A DNA stretch of 64,000 nucleotides from Mobula hypostoma (lineage: Eukaryota), in NCBI RefSeq assembly GCF_963921235.1, contig NC_086097.1, positions 189,412,001 through 189,476,000 of the forward strand, in the 5' to 3' direction. The notes under the pieces are model-generated. The model did not search any database. It had not been told where the DNA came from and worked only from the letters and a program-made list of their open reading frames with translations. The position numbers were made by a program, and so were the translations under genes. Each line of letters starts with the position of its first letter. Positions within the stretch are counted from its first letter, which is position 1. This document shows, piece after piece, positions 1-13,415 of this stretch.

Positions 1-3000
1 TATTTTGTTGACATCTTTCCTGTAATTCAGTGAACAAAACTGTACACAATACTCCAAATTTGGCCTCACCAATGCTTTGTACAATTTCAACATTACATCC
101 CAACTCCTACACTCAATGCTCTGATTTATGAAGGCCAGCATACCAAAAGCTTTCTTCACCACCCTATCCACATGAGATTCCACCTTCAGAGAACTATGCA
201 CCATTATTCCTAGATCCCTCTGTTCTACAGCATTCTTCAGTGCCCTACCATTTACCATGTATGTCCTATTTTGATTAGTCCTACCAAAATGTAGCACCTC
301 ACATTTATCAGCATTAAACTCCATCTGCCTTCTTTCAGCCTAAATCTCTCTGCAAGCTTTGAAAACCTACTTCATTATCCACAACTCCACCTATCTCAGT
401 ATCATCTGCATACTTACTAATCCAATTTACCAACCCATCATCCAGATCATTAATGTATATGACAAATAACATTGGACCCAGTACAGATCCCTGAGGCACA
501 CCACTGGTCACCGACCTCCAATCTGACAAACAGTTATCCACCACCACTCTCTGGCATCTCCCATCCAGCCACTGCTGAATCCATTTTACTACTTCGATAT
601 TAATGCCTGACGATTGAACCTTCCTAACTAACCTTCCGTGTGGAACCTTGTCAAAAGCCTTACTGAAGTCCATATAGACAACATCCACCGCTTTACCCTC
701 GTTAACTTTCTGAGCAACCTCTTCAAAAAATTCAATAAGATTTGTCAAACATTACCTTCCACGCACAAATCCATGTTGACCATTCCTAATCAGACCCTGT
801 CTATCCAGATAATTATATATACCATCCCTAAGAATACTTTCCATCAATTTACCCACCACTGACGTCAAATTCACAGGCCGATAATTGCTAGGTTTACTCT
901 TAGAGCCCTTTTTAAACAATGGAACAACATGAGCAATACGCCAATCCTCTGGCACCATTCCCGTTTCTAATGACATTTGAAATATTTCTGTCAGAGCCCT
1001 TGCTATTTCCACACTAACTTCCCTCAAAGTCCTAGGGAATATCCTGTCAGGACCCAGAGACTTATCCACTTTTATATTTCTTAAAAGTTCCAGTACTTCC
1101 TCTTCTTTAATCATCATAGTTTCCATAACTTCCCTACCCGTTTCCCTTAATCTACCCAGTTCAATATCCTTCTCCTTAGTGAGTACCGAAGAAAAGAAAT
1201 TGTTCAGAATCTCCCCCATTTCTTTTGGCTCCACACATAGCTGTCCACTCTGATTCTCTAAGGGATCATTTTATCCATCTCTATCCTTTTGCTATTAATA
1301 TAACGGTAGAAACCCTTGAGATTTATTTTCACCTTACTTGCCAAAGCAACCTCATATCTTCTTTCAGCTTTTCTGATTTCTTTCTTAAAGTTCTTTTTAC
1401 ATTCTTTATATTCGAGCACCTCATATTCTCCATGCTGCCTATATTTATTGCAGATATCTCTCTTTTTCCGAACCAAGTTTCCAATATCCCTTGAAAACCA
1501 TGGCTCTCTCAAACTTTTAACCTTTCCTTTCAACCTAACAGGAACATAAAGATTCAGTACTCTCAAAATTTCTCCTTTAAATGACCTCAATTTCTCTATT
1601 ACGTTCTTCCCAAAAAACAAATTGTCCCAATCCACTCCTTCTAAATCTTTTCGCATCTCCTCAAAGTTAGCCTTTCTCCAATCAAAAATCTCAACCCTGG
1701 GTCCAGACCTATCTTTCTCCATAACTATATTGAAACTAATAGCATTGTGATCACTGGACCCGAAGTGCTCCCCAACACAAATCTCCATCACCTGACCTAT
1801 CTCATTCCCTAACAGGAGATCCAACACTGCCCCTTCTCTAGTTGGTACCTCTATGTATTGCTGCAAAAACCTATCCTGCACTCATTTTACAGACTCCAAA
1901 CCATCCGGCCCTTTTACAGTATGGGCTTCCCAGTCTATGTGTGGAAAATTAAAATCTGCCTTCTGCTTACTACAACCTTCTGCTTACTACAAATATCTGC
2001 TATCTTCTTACAAATTTGCTCCTCCAATTCTTGCTCCCCATTTGGTAGTCTATAATACACCCCCATAAGAGTTACTACACTTTTCCCATTCCTCAATTCC
2101 ACCCAAATAGCTCCCTAGACGAGCTCTCTAATCTATCCTGCCAGAGCACTGCTGTAATACTTCCTCTGACAAGCAATGCAGCACCTCCCCCTCTTGTCCC
2201 TCCGATTCTATCACACCTGAAGCAATTAAATCCAGGAATATTTAAGTTGACAATCACACCCCTCCTGTAACCAAGTTTCACTAATAGCTACCACATCATA
2301 CTTCCAAGTATCAATCCATGCTTTAAGCTCCTCCACCTTTCTTATAATGCTCCTAGCATTAAAATAAATGCATTTAAGAAATTTTCCACCTCTTACTCAC
2401 TGTTTATCACTGACAGTGCAAACAACTTTACTATTTTCTTTTTCTTCCTTCTTCCCTACATCTGTTCCTGCACTCTGGTTCCCCTCCCCTCTCGTATCTA
2501 GTTTAAATCCACTGGAGCCTCTCTAGCAAACCTACCTGCAAGAATATTTTTCCCCCTCCGGTTCAGATGTAGACCGTCCCGCCGGAACAGGTCCCACCTT
2601 CCCTGGAAAACTGCCCAATTATCCATAAATCTGAAGCCCTCCCTCCTGCACCATGTCTTCAGCCACATGTTGATCTGCACTATCTTACTATTTCTAAACC
2701 CGCCTGCACGTGGCACTGGTAGCAATCCTGAGATTGGTATCCTGGAGGTCCTGTCCTTTAACTTGGCTCCTAACTCCCTAAACTCTCCTTTCAGGACCTC
2801 CTCACTCTTCCTACCCATGTATTTGGTCCCTACATGGACCACGACATCCGGCTGCTCTCCCTTCCTCTTGAGAATACAAAGAACTTGATCCGAGATATCG
2901 TGGACCTTGGCACCAGGGAGGTAACAGACCATCTGGGATTCTCGATCTTTTCCACAGAACCTCTTATCTGTCCCCTTAACTATCGAATCCCCTATCACTA

Positions 3001-3433
3001 CTGCTCTTCTCTTTTCCCTCCTTCCCTTCTGAGTTGAGGGTCCCATCTCAGTGCCAGAGACGCAACCACTGCAACTTGTCCCTGGTAGGTCGTCCCCATC
3101 AACAGTATCCAAACTGATGTACTTATTATTGGTGGGAATGGTCACAGGGGTGCTCTGCTCATTCTGTCTATTCCCCTTCCCTCTCCTGGCAGTCACCCAG
3201 CTACCTGTCTCCTGACCCTTAGGGGTGACTATCTCCCGGTAACTCCTCTCTATTTCTGCCTCTGCCTCCGAATGATCCGAAGTTAATCCAGTTCCAGCTC
3301 CAGTTCCCTAACTCGGTTTGTCAGGAGCTGCAGCTGGATGCACCTTTCGCAGGTGTAGTCATCAGGGACAATTGTGCTCGCCCTGACTTCCCACATCCTG
3401 CAAATGGAGCACTCAACTGCCCCAACTGCTGCC
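1..3433 (-). mobile_element. CR1-clade LINE, 5'-truncated and decayed: ORF1 with SGNH/GDSL esterase (2498-3196) and frameshifted ORF2 (APE endonuclease + RT); continues past the window start
   Basis: ORF1 motifs VVIGDSIVKG, VVVHVGT and DGLHLN. ORF2 fragments: FRCDR..GGGAAL, PTREGAVLDLLL..SDHNAI, NYRPVNLTSVVGK, YMDFSKAFDKVPH, SGVPQGSVLGP, YADD. Confidence 0.9.
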
Positions 3434-4637
3434 TCCTTCTTTGAGGATATAATGAGCGCAATGAATAGAGGGGAACAGATGGATGTTATTTACTCGGATT
3501 TCCAGATGGTGTTCGATAAGGTGCTGCATAAAAGACTTATTCATAAGATAAGGGTGTATAGAGTTGGGGGTGGTGTATTAGCATGGATAGAGAATTGGTT
3601 AACTAATAGAAAGCAGAGAACTGGGATACGTAGGTGTCATTCTGGTTGGCAATCAGTGGTGAGTGGTGTGCTGCAGGGGTTGGTGCTGGGCCTGCAACTG
3701 TTCATGATATACGTTAACAATCTAGAAGAGGGGACGGAGTGTAGTGTACTTAAGTTTGCTGATGATACTAAATTGAGTGGAAAAACAAATTGTGCGTAAG
3801 ATATGGAGAATCTGCAGAGAGATATAGATAGGTTTAGTGAGTGGGTAAGGGTCTGGCAGATGGAGTACAATGTTGATAAATGCAAGGTCATCCACTTTGG
3901 AAGGAAAAATGATAGAGCAGATTATTATTTAAATGGTAAAAAAAATTGCAGTGTACTGCTGTGCAGAGGGACTTGGGAGTGCTTGTACATGAATTACAGA
4001 AGGTTGCAGCAGCAGATGCAGCAGGCTATCAAGAAGGCAAATGGAATGTTGGCCTTCATTGCTATAGGGATTGAATTTAAGAGCAGGGAAATTATTGAAC
4101 AGGGTATTGGTGAGGCCGCGCCTGGAGTACTGACTACAGTTCTGGTCTCCTTACTTGAAGGAGGATATACTGGCTTTGGAGGCAGTGCAGAGGAGGTTCA
4201 CCAGGTTGATTCCAGAGATGAGGGGTTAGTCTATGAGGAGAGATCAAGTCACCTGGAATTCAGAAGAATGATAGCAGATCTTATAGAAACATATTAAATT
4301 ATGAAAGGGATAGATAAGGTAGAGGCAGAAAAGTTGTTTCCACTGGTAGGTGAGACTAGATCGAGGGGACATTGCCTCAAGATTCAGGGGAGTAGGTTTA
4401 GGATGGAGATGAAGAGGAACTGCTTTTCTCAGAAAGTGATGAATCTGTAGAATTCTCTGCCCAGTGAAGCAGAGGAAGCTACCTCAGTAAATATATTTAA
4501 GACAAGGTTGGATAGATTTCTGTATAGTAGGGAAATTAAAGGTTATGGGGGAAAAGGCAAGTAGGTGAAGACGAGTCCATGGCCAGATTTCCATGATCTT
4601 ATTGAAAGGTGGAGCAGGTTTGACAAGCCAGATAGCC
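3434..4637 (+). mobile_element. CR1 LINE 3' fragment (RT C-terminus and 3' UTR), decayed
   Basis: ORFs 3374-3799 and 3803-4297 contain DFQMVFDKVLH, SGVLQGLVLG, KFADDTKL and WQMEYNVDKCKVIHFG. Nucleotide sequence closely resembles the copy at 34.4-35.6 kb. Confidence 0.85.
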
Positions 4638-4639
4638 TA

Positions 4640-4872
4640 AGTTGGAGGCAAGGTTGATGAAATTGACAAGCTCAGCGTGGGTGCATGAAGCAGCACCAAT
4701 GCAGTCGTCAATGCAGTGCAGGAAGAGTTGGGGAACATTACCAGTGCAGGCTTAGAACATAGACTATTCTACATTGCCAACGAAAAGGCAGGCATAGCTG
4801 AGGCTCATGTGGGTGCCCATTGCTACCCTTGAATCTGAAGAGAGTAGGAGGAGCTGAAAGAGAAATTGTTGA
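4640..4872 (-). mobile_element. Penelope-like element RT fragment
   Basis: Visibly homologous to 31450-31700 of the PLE ORF (GVAMG..YACLF..IDD region). Confidence 0.7.
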
Positions 4873-4909
4873 ACTGTTTTATTAATAAAACCAATGACTT
4901 CAAGAAGGG

Positions 4910-5103
4910 AAACAACAAGAATTCTGCAGATGCTGGAAATTCAAGCAACACACATCAAAGTTGCTGGTGAACGCAGCAGGCCAGGCAGCATCTCTAGGAA
5001 GAGGTACAGTCAATGTTTCAGGGTCTCGGCCTGAAACGTCGACTGTACCTCTTCCTAGAGATGCTGCCTGGCCTGCTGTGTTCACCAGCAACTTAGATGT
5101 GTG
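4910..5103. mobile_element. Fold-back (palindromic) non-autonomous PLE-terminus insertion, 15-bp TSD
   Basis: Inverted arms ~4948-5022 and 5030-5104 with a 7-nt loop (GTCTCGG). TSD TGACTTCAAGAAGGG at 4895-4909 and 5104-5118. Sequence matches the PLE 3' terminus at 54890-55015. Confidence 0.85.
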
Positions 5104-5845
5104 TGACTTCAAGAAGGGGGTGGGAGCAGCGCGCACTCTCCCCCACTTACATCAACAGTACTGAGGTCAAGAGGGTTGAGAACTTCAAGTTCTTAGGAAT
5201 GAATGCCACCAACAGCCTGCCCTGGTCCACCCACATTGTGCCAGAGCCACGAAAGTTCGCCAGCATCTCTACTTCCTCAGGAGGCTAAAGAAATCTAGCA
5301 CATCCCCTTTGACCTTTACCATTTTTTTTGGATGCAACACAGCAAGCTTCCTATCCAGATGCATCACAGCTTGGTATGGCAACTGCTCAGCCCATAAACA
5401 CAAGAAACACCAGAGAATTGTGGACATAATTCAGTACTTCATGGAAACTAGCCTCCCCGCCATGAAGTCAGTAAAGTAGCCAGCATAATGAATGACTCCA
5501 GCCAAGATGGACTTTCTCTTCTCCCCCTCCTATGGGCAGAAGATAAGAAAGTCTGAAAACATTTACCACTAGGGTCAAGGACGGCCTCTATCTCACTGTT
5601 ACAAAACTATTGAATGGTTGCCTAGTACAATAAGATGGACACTTGACCTCACAATCTACCATGTTATGACCTTGTTACGATCTTGCACCTTATTATCCAC
5701 CTGCACTATACTTTCTCTGTAACTGTAATATTATATTCTGCACTTCATTTGTACTAGCTCAATGTATTTTTATAATGAACTGATCTGTATGAACAGTATG
5801 TAAAACTGATTTTTCACCGTAGCTTGGTACATGCAACAGTAAAAC
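5104..5845 (+). mobile_element. Rex1/Babar-type LINE 3' fragment
   Basis: DFKK..PTYINSTEVKRVENFKFLG..W.TH followed by decayed LYFLRRL / CITAWYG-like sequence typical of the Rex1/Babar RT C-terminus. Confidence 0.65.
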
Positions 5846-5964
5846 TGATTTACCAATTCTGTGTTCCCTCCTAGCCACTAAACTGTCGCCAGGTTTACCC
5901 TTCCCTCCACTCTACCTAGCTCCATTTTCCTTTCACTGTCTGCCTTCACCTCTCCCAACTCCAG

Positions 5965-6515
5965 CTCCTCTCCCTCATTCTCTTAAATTCTAGCAAGCAT
6001 AGGCCCAAAGCCATCAAATGCTCCTCATATAACCTTCTCATTCCCAGAATCATTTTCATTAACCCCCTTTGAACCCTCTCCAAAGTCAGCACATCCTTTC
6101 TTAGATAAGGGCCTAAAACTGCTCACAATACTCCAAGTGACACATCACCAATGCCTTATAAAGCCTCAACTTTACATCCTTGTTTTTTTTAATATTCCAG
6201 TCCTCTTGAAATACCTTCCTCACCACTGACTCAACCTGCAAGTTAATCTTTAGAGAATCCTGTACAAGGACCCCTAAGTACCTTTGCTCCTCGGATTTTT
6301 GAATTTTCTCCCCACTTAGGCAATAGTCGATGTTCTTATTCCTTCTACCAAATTGCATGACAATGTACTTACCATCTGCCACTTCTTTGTCCATTCTCCC
6401 AATCTATCCAAGTCCTTCTGCTTCCTCAACACTACCTGCCCCTTCACCCATCTCGTATGGTCTGTAAATATGGCCACAAAGCCATAAATTCCATCATCCA
6501 AATCATTGACATACA
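5965..6515 (-). mobile_element. CR1 LINE RT fragment
   Basis: YVNDLDDGI, LYKALVMCHLEYCEQF. Confidence 0.8.
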
Positions 6516-6901
6516 ATGTGTTGCTCAATATTCCATTATGTGCAGTCTTTTGTGTATCCATAAACAGGAGAATTTAACCTAAAAAAGTCAAACCTTTTCT
6601 GTGTGCTATAGATGTAAATTGCAACACTTTGAGAAGTTACTTTTAACCAATAGGAATTTTGCCTAAAAAATTCTGGTTTATACAGATTCGAAAGTCTCAT
6701 AAGATATTGTTTAAATAACATGTTATACACTTTACTATACTGTATATAGTTCAGCCTATAACACTGACAATAACTATAATTGGTGCATAAAATGTCAATT
6801 ATGCAAGCTTTCAGGAATAAAATACAAGTCAAGCCACATACTAAACATAAAAACAATGACATTTTCTTTATTCCTTCATGTCAACCCATTTCAAGCATCA
6901 C

Positions 6902-7120
6902 CTGCTGTAGCAGCTGAGAAATCTGTCTTTCCAGGTTCTTTATTCTCACGTCATTGAGTACTTCAACAGTGCTTTGAGCCCTCCTCTGCTCCGTTTCTGG
7001 TGAAGAACTACCTTCTGTGGCAGATACGAGAGCAGCAGGGTCAGAAACTGTAATACGACGGCGATAATTTGCAAGCACCTTGTCAATCTGTGGAGTGACC
7101 ACAGGGAGCCCAAGCGAGGC
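6902..7120 (-). CDS. LRRCC1: LRRCC1 coding exon 6 (ASLGLPVVTPQIDKV...RIKNLERQISQLLQQ)
   Basis: AG acceptor at 7122-7121, phase 0 matching the previous exon, open frame, and CAG|GTGATG donor. Resembles the LRRCC1 'PVITAPID...KLQKLDDQILQLL' region. The donor position is less certain than the acceptor. Confidence 0.75.
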
Positions 7121-7549
7121 CTATATTTATGACAGGAGTTGAAATGAACACAAAAACAAAACATTAAGCATTGCTATCTAATGCATTAGCACCTCAAGTT
7201 AAAGATCAACTTTTACATTAAGTTAAAACAACTGGCTATGTTACATCTTCCACAATACATACTATTTCATTTAAATTCCAGGGATTTTTGCTAGACCTTT
7301 CAGCAGCACCTCCACATTAAATGTTTCATAAAATTTTCAAAAATTAGATTATATACATTAAACTTAAAGCATTTTGTAAAATATAAGAATTAAATAGCAT
7401 CCAACTGCACATTTTGTTAGTCACTGAGACAAATATGGAGTGTTAAAAATGAAAAAGCACCATCCAGTTTCATCCAACATCTTAGACCTTTAAGGATATC
7501 TACCACTACTTCCATTCCAAGTGGTAGTAATTTATTGATGTGCTTTGAG

Positions 7550-8070
7550 CATAGAATGGTGTAACACTTGACTGACTATTCAGCCAACAAGGTTGTGGCA
7601 GCCTTGATACCAATTTAGACTAAATGTCCTCTCCTGTGTATCAACCATATCCTTCTATTCCATTCATATTCACGTGCCTATCTCAAAGCCTCAAACTACG
7701 AATCTGCCCTTTTCCACTACTACCTCTAGTAACCCCTGGTATTCCAGACACCTACCACATTCTACATGAAAAAAGTGCCCTCACATCTCTTTACAATTTC
7801 CATCCCTCTAGCCTTAAAAACATATTCTCGGGTGTTTGACGTTTCTAGGCTGAGGAAGAGATTTTAACTGTTTACCCTGTTTAGCCTCTCATAATTTAAA
7901 AATAAACCTCTATCACATCTCTCCTCAGCCTCTGGTGCTTTATGGAGAACAATCCGAGTTTGTCCAACTTTTCCTTTCAGCTCATACCCAGGCAGAATCC
8001 CAGTAAACCTGTTCTGCACCCTTTCCAGATCCTTCTTTTGATGGTGCAATCAGAACTGCACCAAATACTC
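7550..8070 (-). mobile_element. CR1 LINE 3' end, decayed
   Basis: LERVQNRFTGILPG motif and a CR1-like 3' UTR. Confidence 0.7.
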
Positions 8071-8829
8071 TTATGGTATTCTTTGTGGTAAAGTTTTAAC
8101 CTGCCTGCCCTCAAAAACAACAATGATTACTCAAAGCAATCTGCACAGCAATTGTCAAAAATCCTATAACAACAGATGGCAGCTTTCTACATTGAAAATA
8201 GCAGATTTACAATTAGTCTTTATACACAATTTAGCTAATAAGTTGAAATACAAGAGCTAAACAAAAAATCATGACTTAAAGCAAATGTTTTCTCATGCTC
8301 ACATAAACAACTGTTCACTCTTGATCTAAAATTTTCAAATCACCAAGTCCTTGTCCATTCCCTGAAAAATGTGTACTCAAAGGATAAACTGGCAACACGT
8401 TAAGTGACAATGATTTTTTGATAGTATACAAGCTTTTCTTTCTCACCAAATGAGCACCCACGTTGAAAAAGGTTACTTCATAGTCTGCGTTACCTAATCT
8501 AGTTCACATCCAAGCAAACATCATTAGCATTTAATGTTCTCCTCGCAGTGCGGCACATGATACAAAACTCCCTTCTACTTTACCCCATCTCCCAAACTTT
8601 ACTGCACTTTAAAAACATATTAAGTAGTACACTAAATGTCAGAATTATTGAGGTCCATTGATCTGTTCTCATCTTGTTTTTTTCCAATAAGATACTCAAA
8701 TGATCTGGGATGGCATTGAACATTGGCATCAATTCACCAAATCTCCAACAGGTATGTCATTGTTAATTGACATTTGTCACTGTTCCCAGATTTGGGAACA
8801 GCTTCCTTCCAACTATGATAAGATTGCTG

Positions 8830-9062
8830 AACAGATCCTGACCCGGATCCGGGCCGTACCCTCCAAATATCCAGACCTGCCTCTCTTTTTTTTTTGCACT
8901 ACCCTACCTTCCTTTTTCTAGTTTCTATTTATGATCTATAATTTAAAATTTTAATATCTACTATCGAGTTGTACTCCAGGGAGTGTGAAGCGCAGAATCA
9001 AATATCGCTGTGATGATTGTACGCTCTAGTATCAATTGTTTGGCGACAATAAGGTAAATAAA
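8830..9062 (+). mobile_element. LINE 3'-UTR fragment (probably Rex1/Babar-type)
   Basis: CpG-retaining segment ending in GGCGACAATAAGGTAAATAAATA, resembling a non-LTR 3' tail. Family call is tentative. Confidence 0.45.
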
Positions 9063-9309
9063 TACAGCTATTCATTGAATTTCCCTTGAATTACCGTAAT
9101 CAGAGAAAGTGGAAATGCAGATAGAAATGGTCATCTGAAGTACTGGACAAGTTAAACTATTCTCTTATAACATTTTCCCATCCAGGATAAGACAGGTAGT
9201 AACTGCCCATTTACCCTATTGTCCCACAATCCAGGAACAAGAATAGAAATTAATTGTACTATTTTCAATTTAGAGTATTGCAATTGACAATCATAATGTA
9301 AGCCTTCCC

Positions 9310-10630
9310 TACAATGGATAAACCAAATGCAAACTGAGTGACCATTTTGCAGAACACTTCCACTTCAAGGAAAATGTTAAGTTCAAGCTGCCCATCTCCT
9401 TAATTCCCTAAATAACTGTCATTCATTTTGTTGTCCCCTCCTATATTGCTCCAGTGATGGTCAACGTAGACTGACCATTTGGCACCTCACCTTCTATTTC
9501 AATGTTTCAGTCCTCAGGACTCAATAAATTTGACAATATCTGTTCTACTCCTCTCCAGTGATATGTCTGTGCTTTTCTGATTCAATTTATTTCTTTCTCT
9601 TCCATCTCCAACTGCTTTTAAAGAATAGAACAGTCAACATTTTGGAATGAGACCTATCATCAAGACTGGCTATTAGGATTAATATGGAGAGAGTGAATGG
9701 CACTGTGTTCTGGGGCAGGGCTGTGTGAAAGGGTTGGAACAAGTGAGGGGAGTGGTAAAGTCAAAACGGTAAAATCACATTGGCAGTTAGAGATGAAAGA
9801 TCCAATGCAGGCAGATGGCCAGAATGGGATGTCTAAGAAGACGAGGACTTAAGGTGAGATGGTGGGGTTTGGGAATTCTTACTAAAGAAGGTCCAAAGAC
9901 GGAAGCGACAAAAGAAGAGCTCAACACCACAGCAACACGCAAATCACTGAGGCTAGGGTGCAGGGAAACAAAGATAAAGTTCCCGCTGGGGACAGGACAT
10001 TATAACACAGAGGGAATGGTAAAAATATGGAATGGGGTTGGAATTCAGGCAGGAGAGAAGGTGGTAGGAGGAGTCAGCATAAATGATGTGGGAGAAGGAT
10101 TACAGCTCAGAGGAGTGAAGGGAGCGATGAGGGGCAGAAGAGAACTTGAATGACCAAGGGTTGGTAGGGAGTAGTGATGGAATAAGAAGAACAGTAGGAC
10201 CCAGCAACAGTGGGAAAGGTATCGGACTAGAGGCAGCAGGGCCAAAATTGGAGCTGGAAGTGGTGGGACCGCAGCCTAGAGGCAATCAGGGTCAAGGTCG
10301 GACCAGTCCTGATGAAGAGTCTTGGGCCCAAACACTGACTAATCATTTGTCTCCTTTGATACTTACCTGCTGAGTTCATTCAGCATTGTGCGTGTGTTCC
10401 TCAAAATTTCCACCATCTGCAAAATCTTGTGTCTCCATTATTGGCATTAGGTTTATTCTTTCTACCTTTCCACTCTCTGCAACTTAAAAGAACCTTTGTG
10501 CATTTTTACAGTTTTGATGAAGGAACTTTGATCCTAAATGTTGACTGTTCTTTTTTTTCCCTTAGATATTTTCCATCCTTTTAGTGTTTCTAGCAATTTC
10601 TATTTTTGTTTCAGATTTCCGGCATTTGCA
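9310..10630. mobile_element. Cluster of old PLE fragments and termini in both orientations
   Basis: Decayed GIY-YIG-region sequence at 9310-9530. Degenerate hammerhead-like termini at ~9631-9668 (-), 10305-10340 (+) and ~10508-10546 (+). CTGCTGAGTTC..CAGCAT tail motif is present. Confidence 0.5.
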
Positions 10631-11033
10631 CTTGATCAGACATATCAATTTCCAGATCCTTCTCACACTGGTTGTTCAACCATAAGGAATGGAGCCATAC
10701 CACATAATTATTTTGTCTTCACAGCATATGAAAACAAACATGAAATTAAAAAACTTTTATATTTATGTGCATTTTTCACAAGCTGAAGAAATAGAGTTAA
10801 GGAGTTTTGCTTTAGGATTTTTCAAATAACATGATGGTACTAAAGGTAGCTCTTCTTAAATTTGTTGATATGCAAGTTCAGAATAAATAGAAATAAATAG
10901 ACAAGCTAAAAGTTAAATACAATTATACAATAGTTACTCGGGTTTTATCATTTGGACTTTCACTATCCAAAAGCAAAAGCTGAGGCAATCCAGTTTGCAT
11001 GCTCCTGAATAAGAGTGGAGAAAAAGAACAAAC

Positions 11034-11203
11034 CTTTTCCATGTTTAGACTTGAGTCTGATGATACCAAATATTCTATGTAGTCTTCTAAACCAGGTATA
11101 TCCAAGGGGGCTCCTTGACTTTCGTGAATAAACTCACCAGATCGCCTTATTCCATCTAATACGGTCAACTGATTTAGAGATTGAAGTATTACTTCTCTGT
11201 ATC
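11034..11203 (-). CDS. LRRCC1: LRRCC1 coding exon 5 (GYREVILQSLNQLTVLDG...LVSSDSSLNMEK)
   Basis: 170 nt with TTTTCAG acceptor and AAG|GTTTGT donor, phase 1 to 0. LRR-cap motif YR..I...L.QL..LD and LVSSDS as in LRRCC1. Confidence 0.9.
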
Positions 11204-12511
11204 CTGAAAATAGTTTAAGACCATTTTCAAATACATTAGCTCACGCTTTCAGTCAAACCAGCTTTTAATAATCTAAAAATTGAGACAAGTTACTAAACAG
11301 GTCTTTTTGGGTTTCTTTTTGTCATATTTATTTTAAATATATTTATCTATAGTAAACAGCTCATTTTAATATGCTTGGAACCCACTCAGCATATGGCTTT
11401 ATTTAAAAACAGATTTGAAAATATCTTTGCTTTCTCTCTTAAAAGATATCATGTTGTTACATAGATTGAAGTATTGTTTTATTCGGCATTCAAGTGAAAG
11501 TCCCTATATCACTGCTGGCAAAAATATCAGAAGATTATGACAATCTTCAAAGTTACAGGATCTCAATGCAAAATTGGTTTTAAATACAGGTATGAAAGCT
11601 GAGAAAATGATATACAACCAAAAAAAATTGCACATTATGAATTTGGATGAGAACATGTGAACAATTTTCACCTGAGCCCTTACACTCCTTTAAGTCAAAG
11701 GCCATTCATCAGCTTCAATTTTGAACATGTAGTTTGGAAACAATAATAATTATTAACTAATCAATACTGTTGATAATAAAAAGACAAGAACATTTTAATA
11801 TTAAATCATTTGACATTATACTGGTATCCTAAAAATATTTTAAAGCACGTTTTAAACATTTAATGCAAATGCCTTTAAAATTTACTTCAAAAATCTTTAG
11901 AATACCATCCACATATCACAATATTTGCGGAATGAAGTTTGCCATAATACCAAGTTAGCTTTTTATAAATCTGATTGCATACACAGCAAATTCTTCATTA
12001 GATTAGTAAAGGGTTATTTTATACAAAAGAATAGTTTGCTATTAAAATCATACCATTAAAACACCTTTAAATGCCAACAGGCCATGTCCATATAATGTCA
12101 ACAAGTTGTAACTGTCATCACGTAAAGCAGCCTTGTATTGTTCTAATTGCTTCATCTACTTGCTTACTCTTTCTATATAATCAAGTAGGTATGCCCTGAA
12201 ATTTTGCTCAGAGGTCTTTGAGTCCTTGTCACATGGAGCTATGATTTGACATTTTGTTACACGTTACATAAAATTGAGAACAAAGGTCATACAGGACATG
12301 CATTATTTTAATGCAGTCTAACAGCAAGACAGCATGAAATCAAGAGTAAGCCTCAGGCGGAAAAGTTAGTTTAACTGATTAAGATATTTTCAGCAGTGAA
12401 GCTTCCTCTGTGTCAATCAAGATTATTAAAAATTAAAAGCAAAATAAATGTTTGATTCCATCTCCAAGAATGTATCTCTTGTATATTAGCAACACTATAT
12501 GGATATAGTAC

Positions 12512-12679
12512 CTGCTGTTTGACATACTGGGTTGTCTCTTCCATCTTTTTTTAGAGTCAGATCCGTTAAGAAGCACAGCCCCACCATACATTGCAACAAA
12601 TGTTTTAAGTTGCTGATACAGTTACTATGAAGATCTACAAGACTTAATTTATGACCAATCCCATGAAGGTGTGAGAAAC
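12512..12679 (-). CDS. LRRCC1: LRRCC1 coding exon 4 (GFSHLHGIGHKLSLVDLHSNCISNLKHLLQCMVGLCFLTDLTLKKDGRDNPVCQTA)
   Basis: 168 nt, AG/GT bounded, phase 1-1. HLLQCMVGL and DNPVC motifs match LRRCC1. Confidence 0.93.
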
Positions 12680-12842
12680 CTGTATCAAAGATAAAAAAGA
12701 AATAGTAAACAGAGAATCATGAAATGTTTCTATAAAGAAAATCCCTTTGGACCTTGTGTTTAAGTGTTTTCGTTCACATGTTATTTAACCCTTTTCCATT
12801 CTGATGATCGATTTCTATTTCAATTTCAACTTCATAAATCAA

Positions 12843-13415
12843 AGTATTGAGTACAGGAGTTGGGGTGTTATGTTGAAGTTGTACAAGACATTGGTGAGGC
12901 CTAATTTGAAGTATTGTGTGCAGTTCAGGTCACCCTACTTACAGGAAAGATGTCAATAAGATTGAAAGAGTGCAGAGAAAACTTACAAGGATGTTGCCAG
13001 GGCTTGAGGACCTGAGCTGTAGGTTAGGATTTTATTCCCTAGATTGTAGAAGAATGAAGGGAGATTTGATACAGGTATACAAAATTATAAGGAGTATAGA
13101 TAGGGTAAATGCAAGCAGGCTTTTTCCACTGAGGATGGGTGAGACTAGAACTACAGGTCATGGGTTAAGGGTAAAAGGTGAAATACTTGAAGGAGAACTC
13201 CTTCACATAGAGGGTAGTGAGAGTGTGGAAGAGCTTCCAGCAAAAGTGGGGGTTGTGGGTATGATTTCAATATTTAAGAGAAATTTGGATGGGTATATGG
13301 ATGGGAGAACTATGGAGGACTATGGTCCGGATGCAGGTTGATGGTACTAGGCATATTAATAGGTTGGCATGGACTAGATGGGCTGAAGGGTCTGTTTCTG
13401 CACTGTGGTGTTCTA
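12843..13415 (+). mobile_element. CR1 LINE 3' end
   Basis: YRKDVNKIERVQRKLTRMLPGL, RMKGDLIQVYKI, and a CR1 3' UTR (GGGCTGAAGGG..TGTTCTAT). Confidence 0.85.

Noticed and set aside
3374..3799. Chimeric ORF across the head-to-head CR1 junction at 3433/3434
   Set aside because: Chance fusion of antisense ORF1-region sequence with a decayed RT fragment; the two sides look like different CR1 subfamilies.
9815..10373. ORFs in purine-rich sequence
   Set aside because: Low-complexity, PLE-spacer-like DNA with no domain signal.
10923..11033. ORF read-through past LRRCC1 exon 5 (VCSFSPLLF...)
   Set aside because: A donor at AAG|GTTTGT gives the phase needed for the next exon, and the extension has no LRRCC1 similarity I can recognise.
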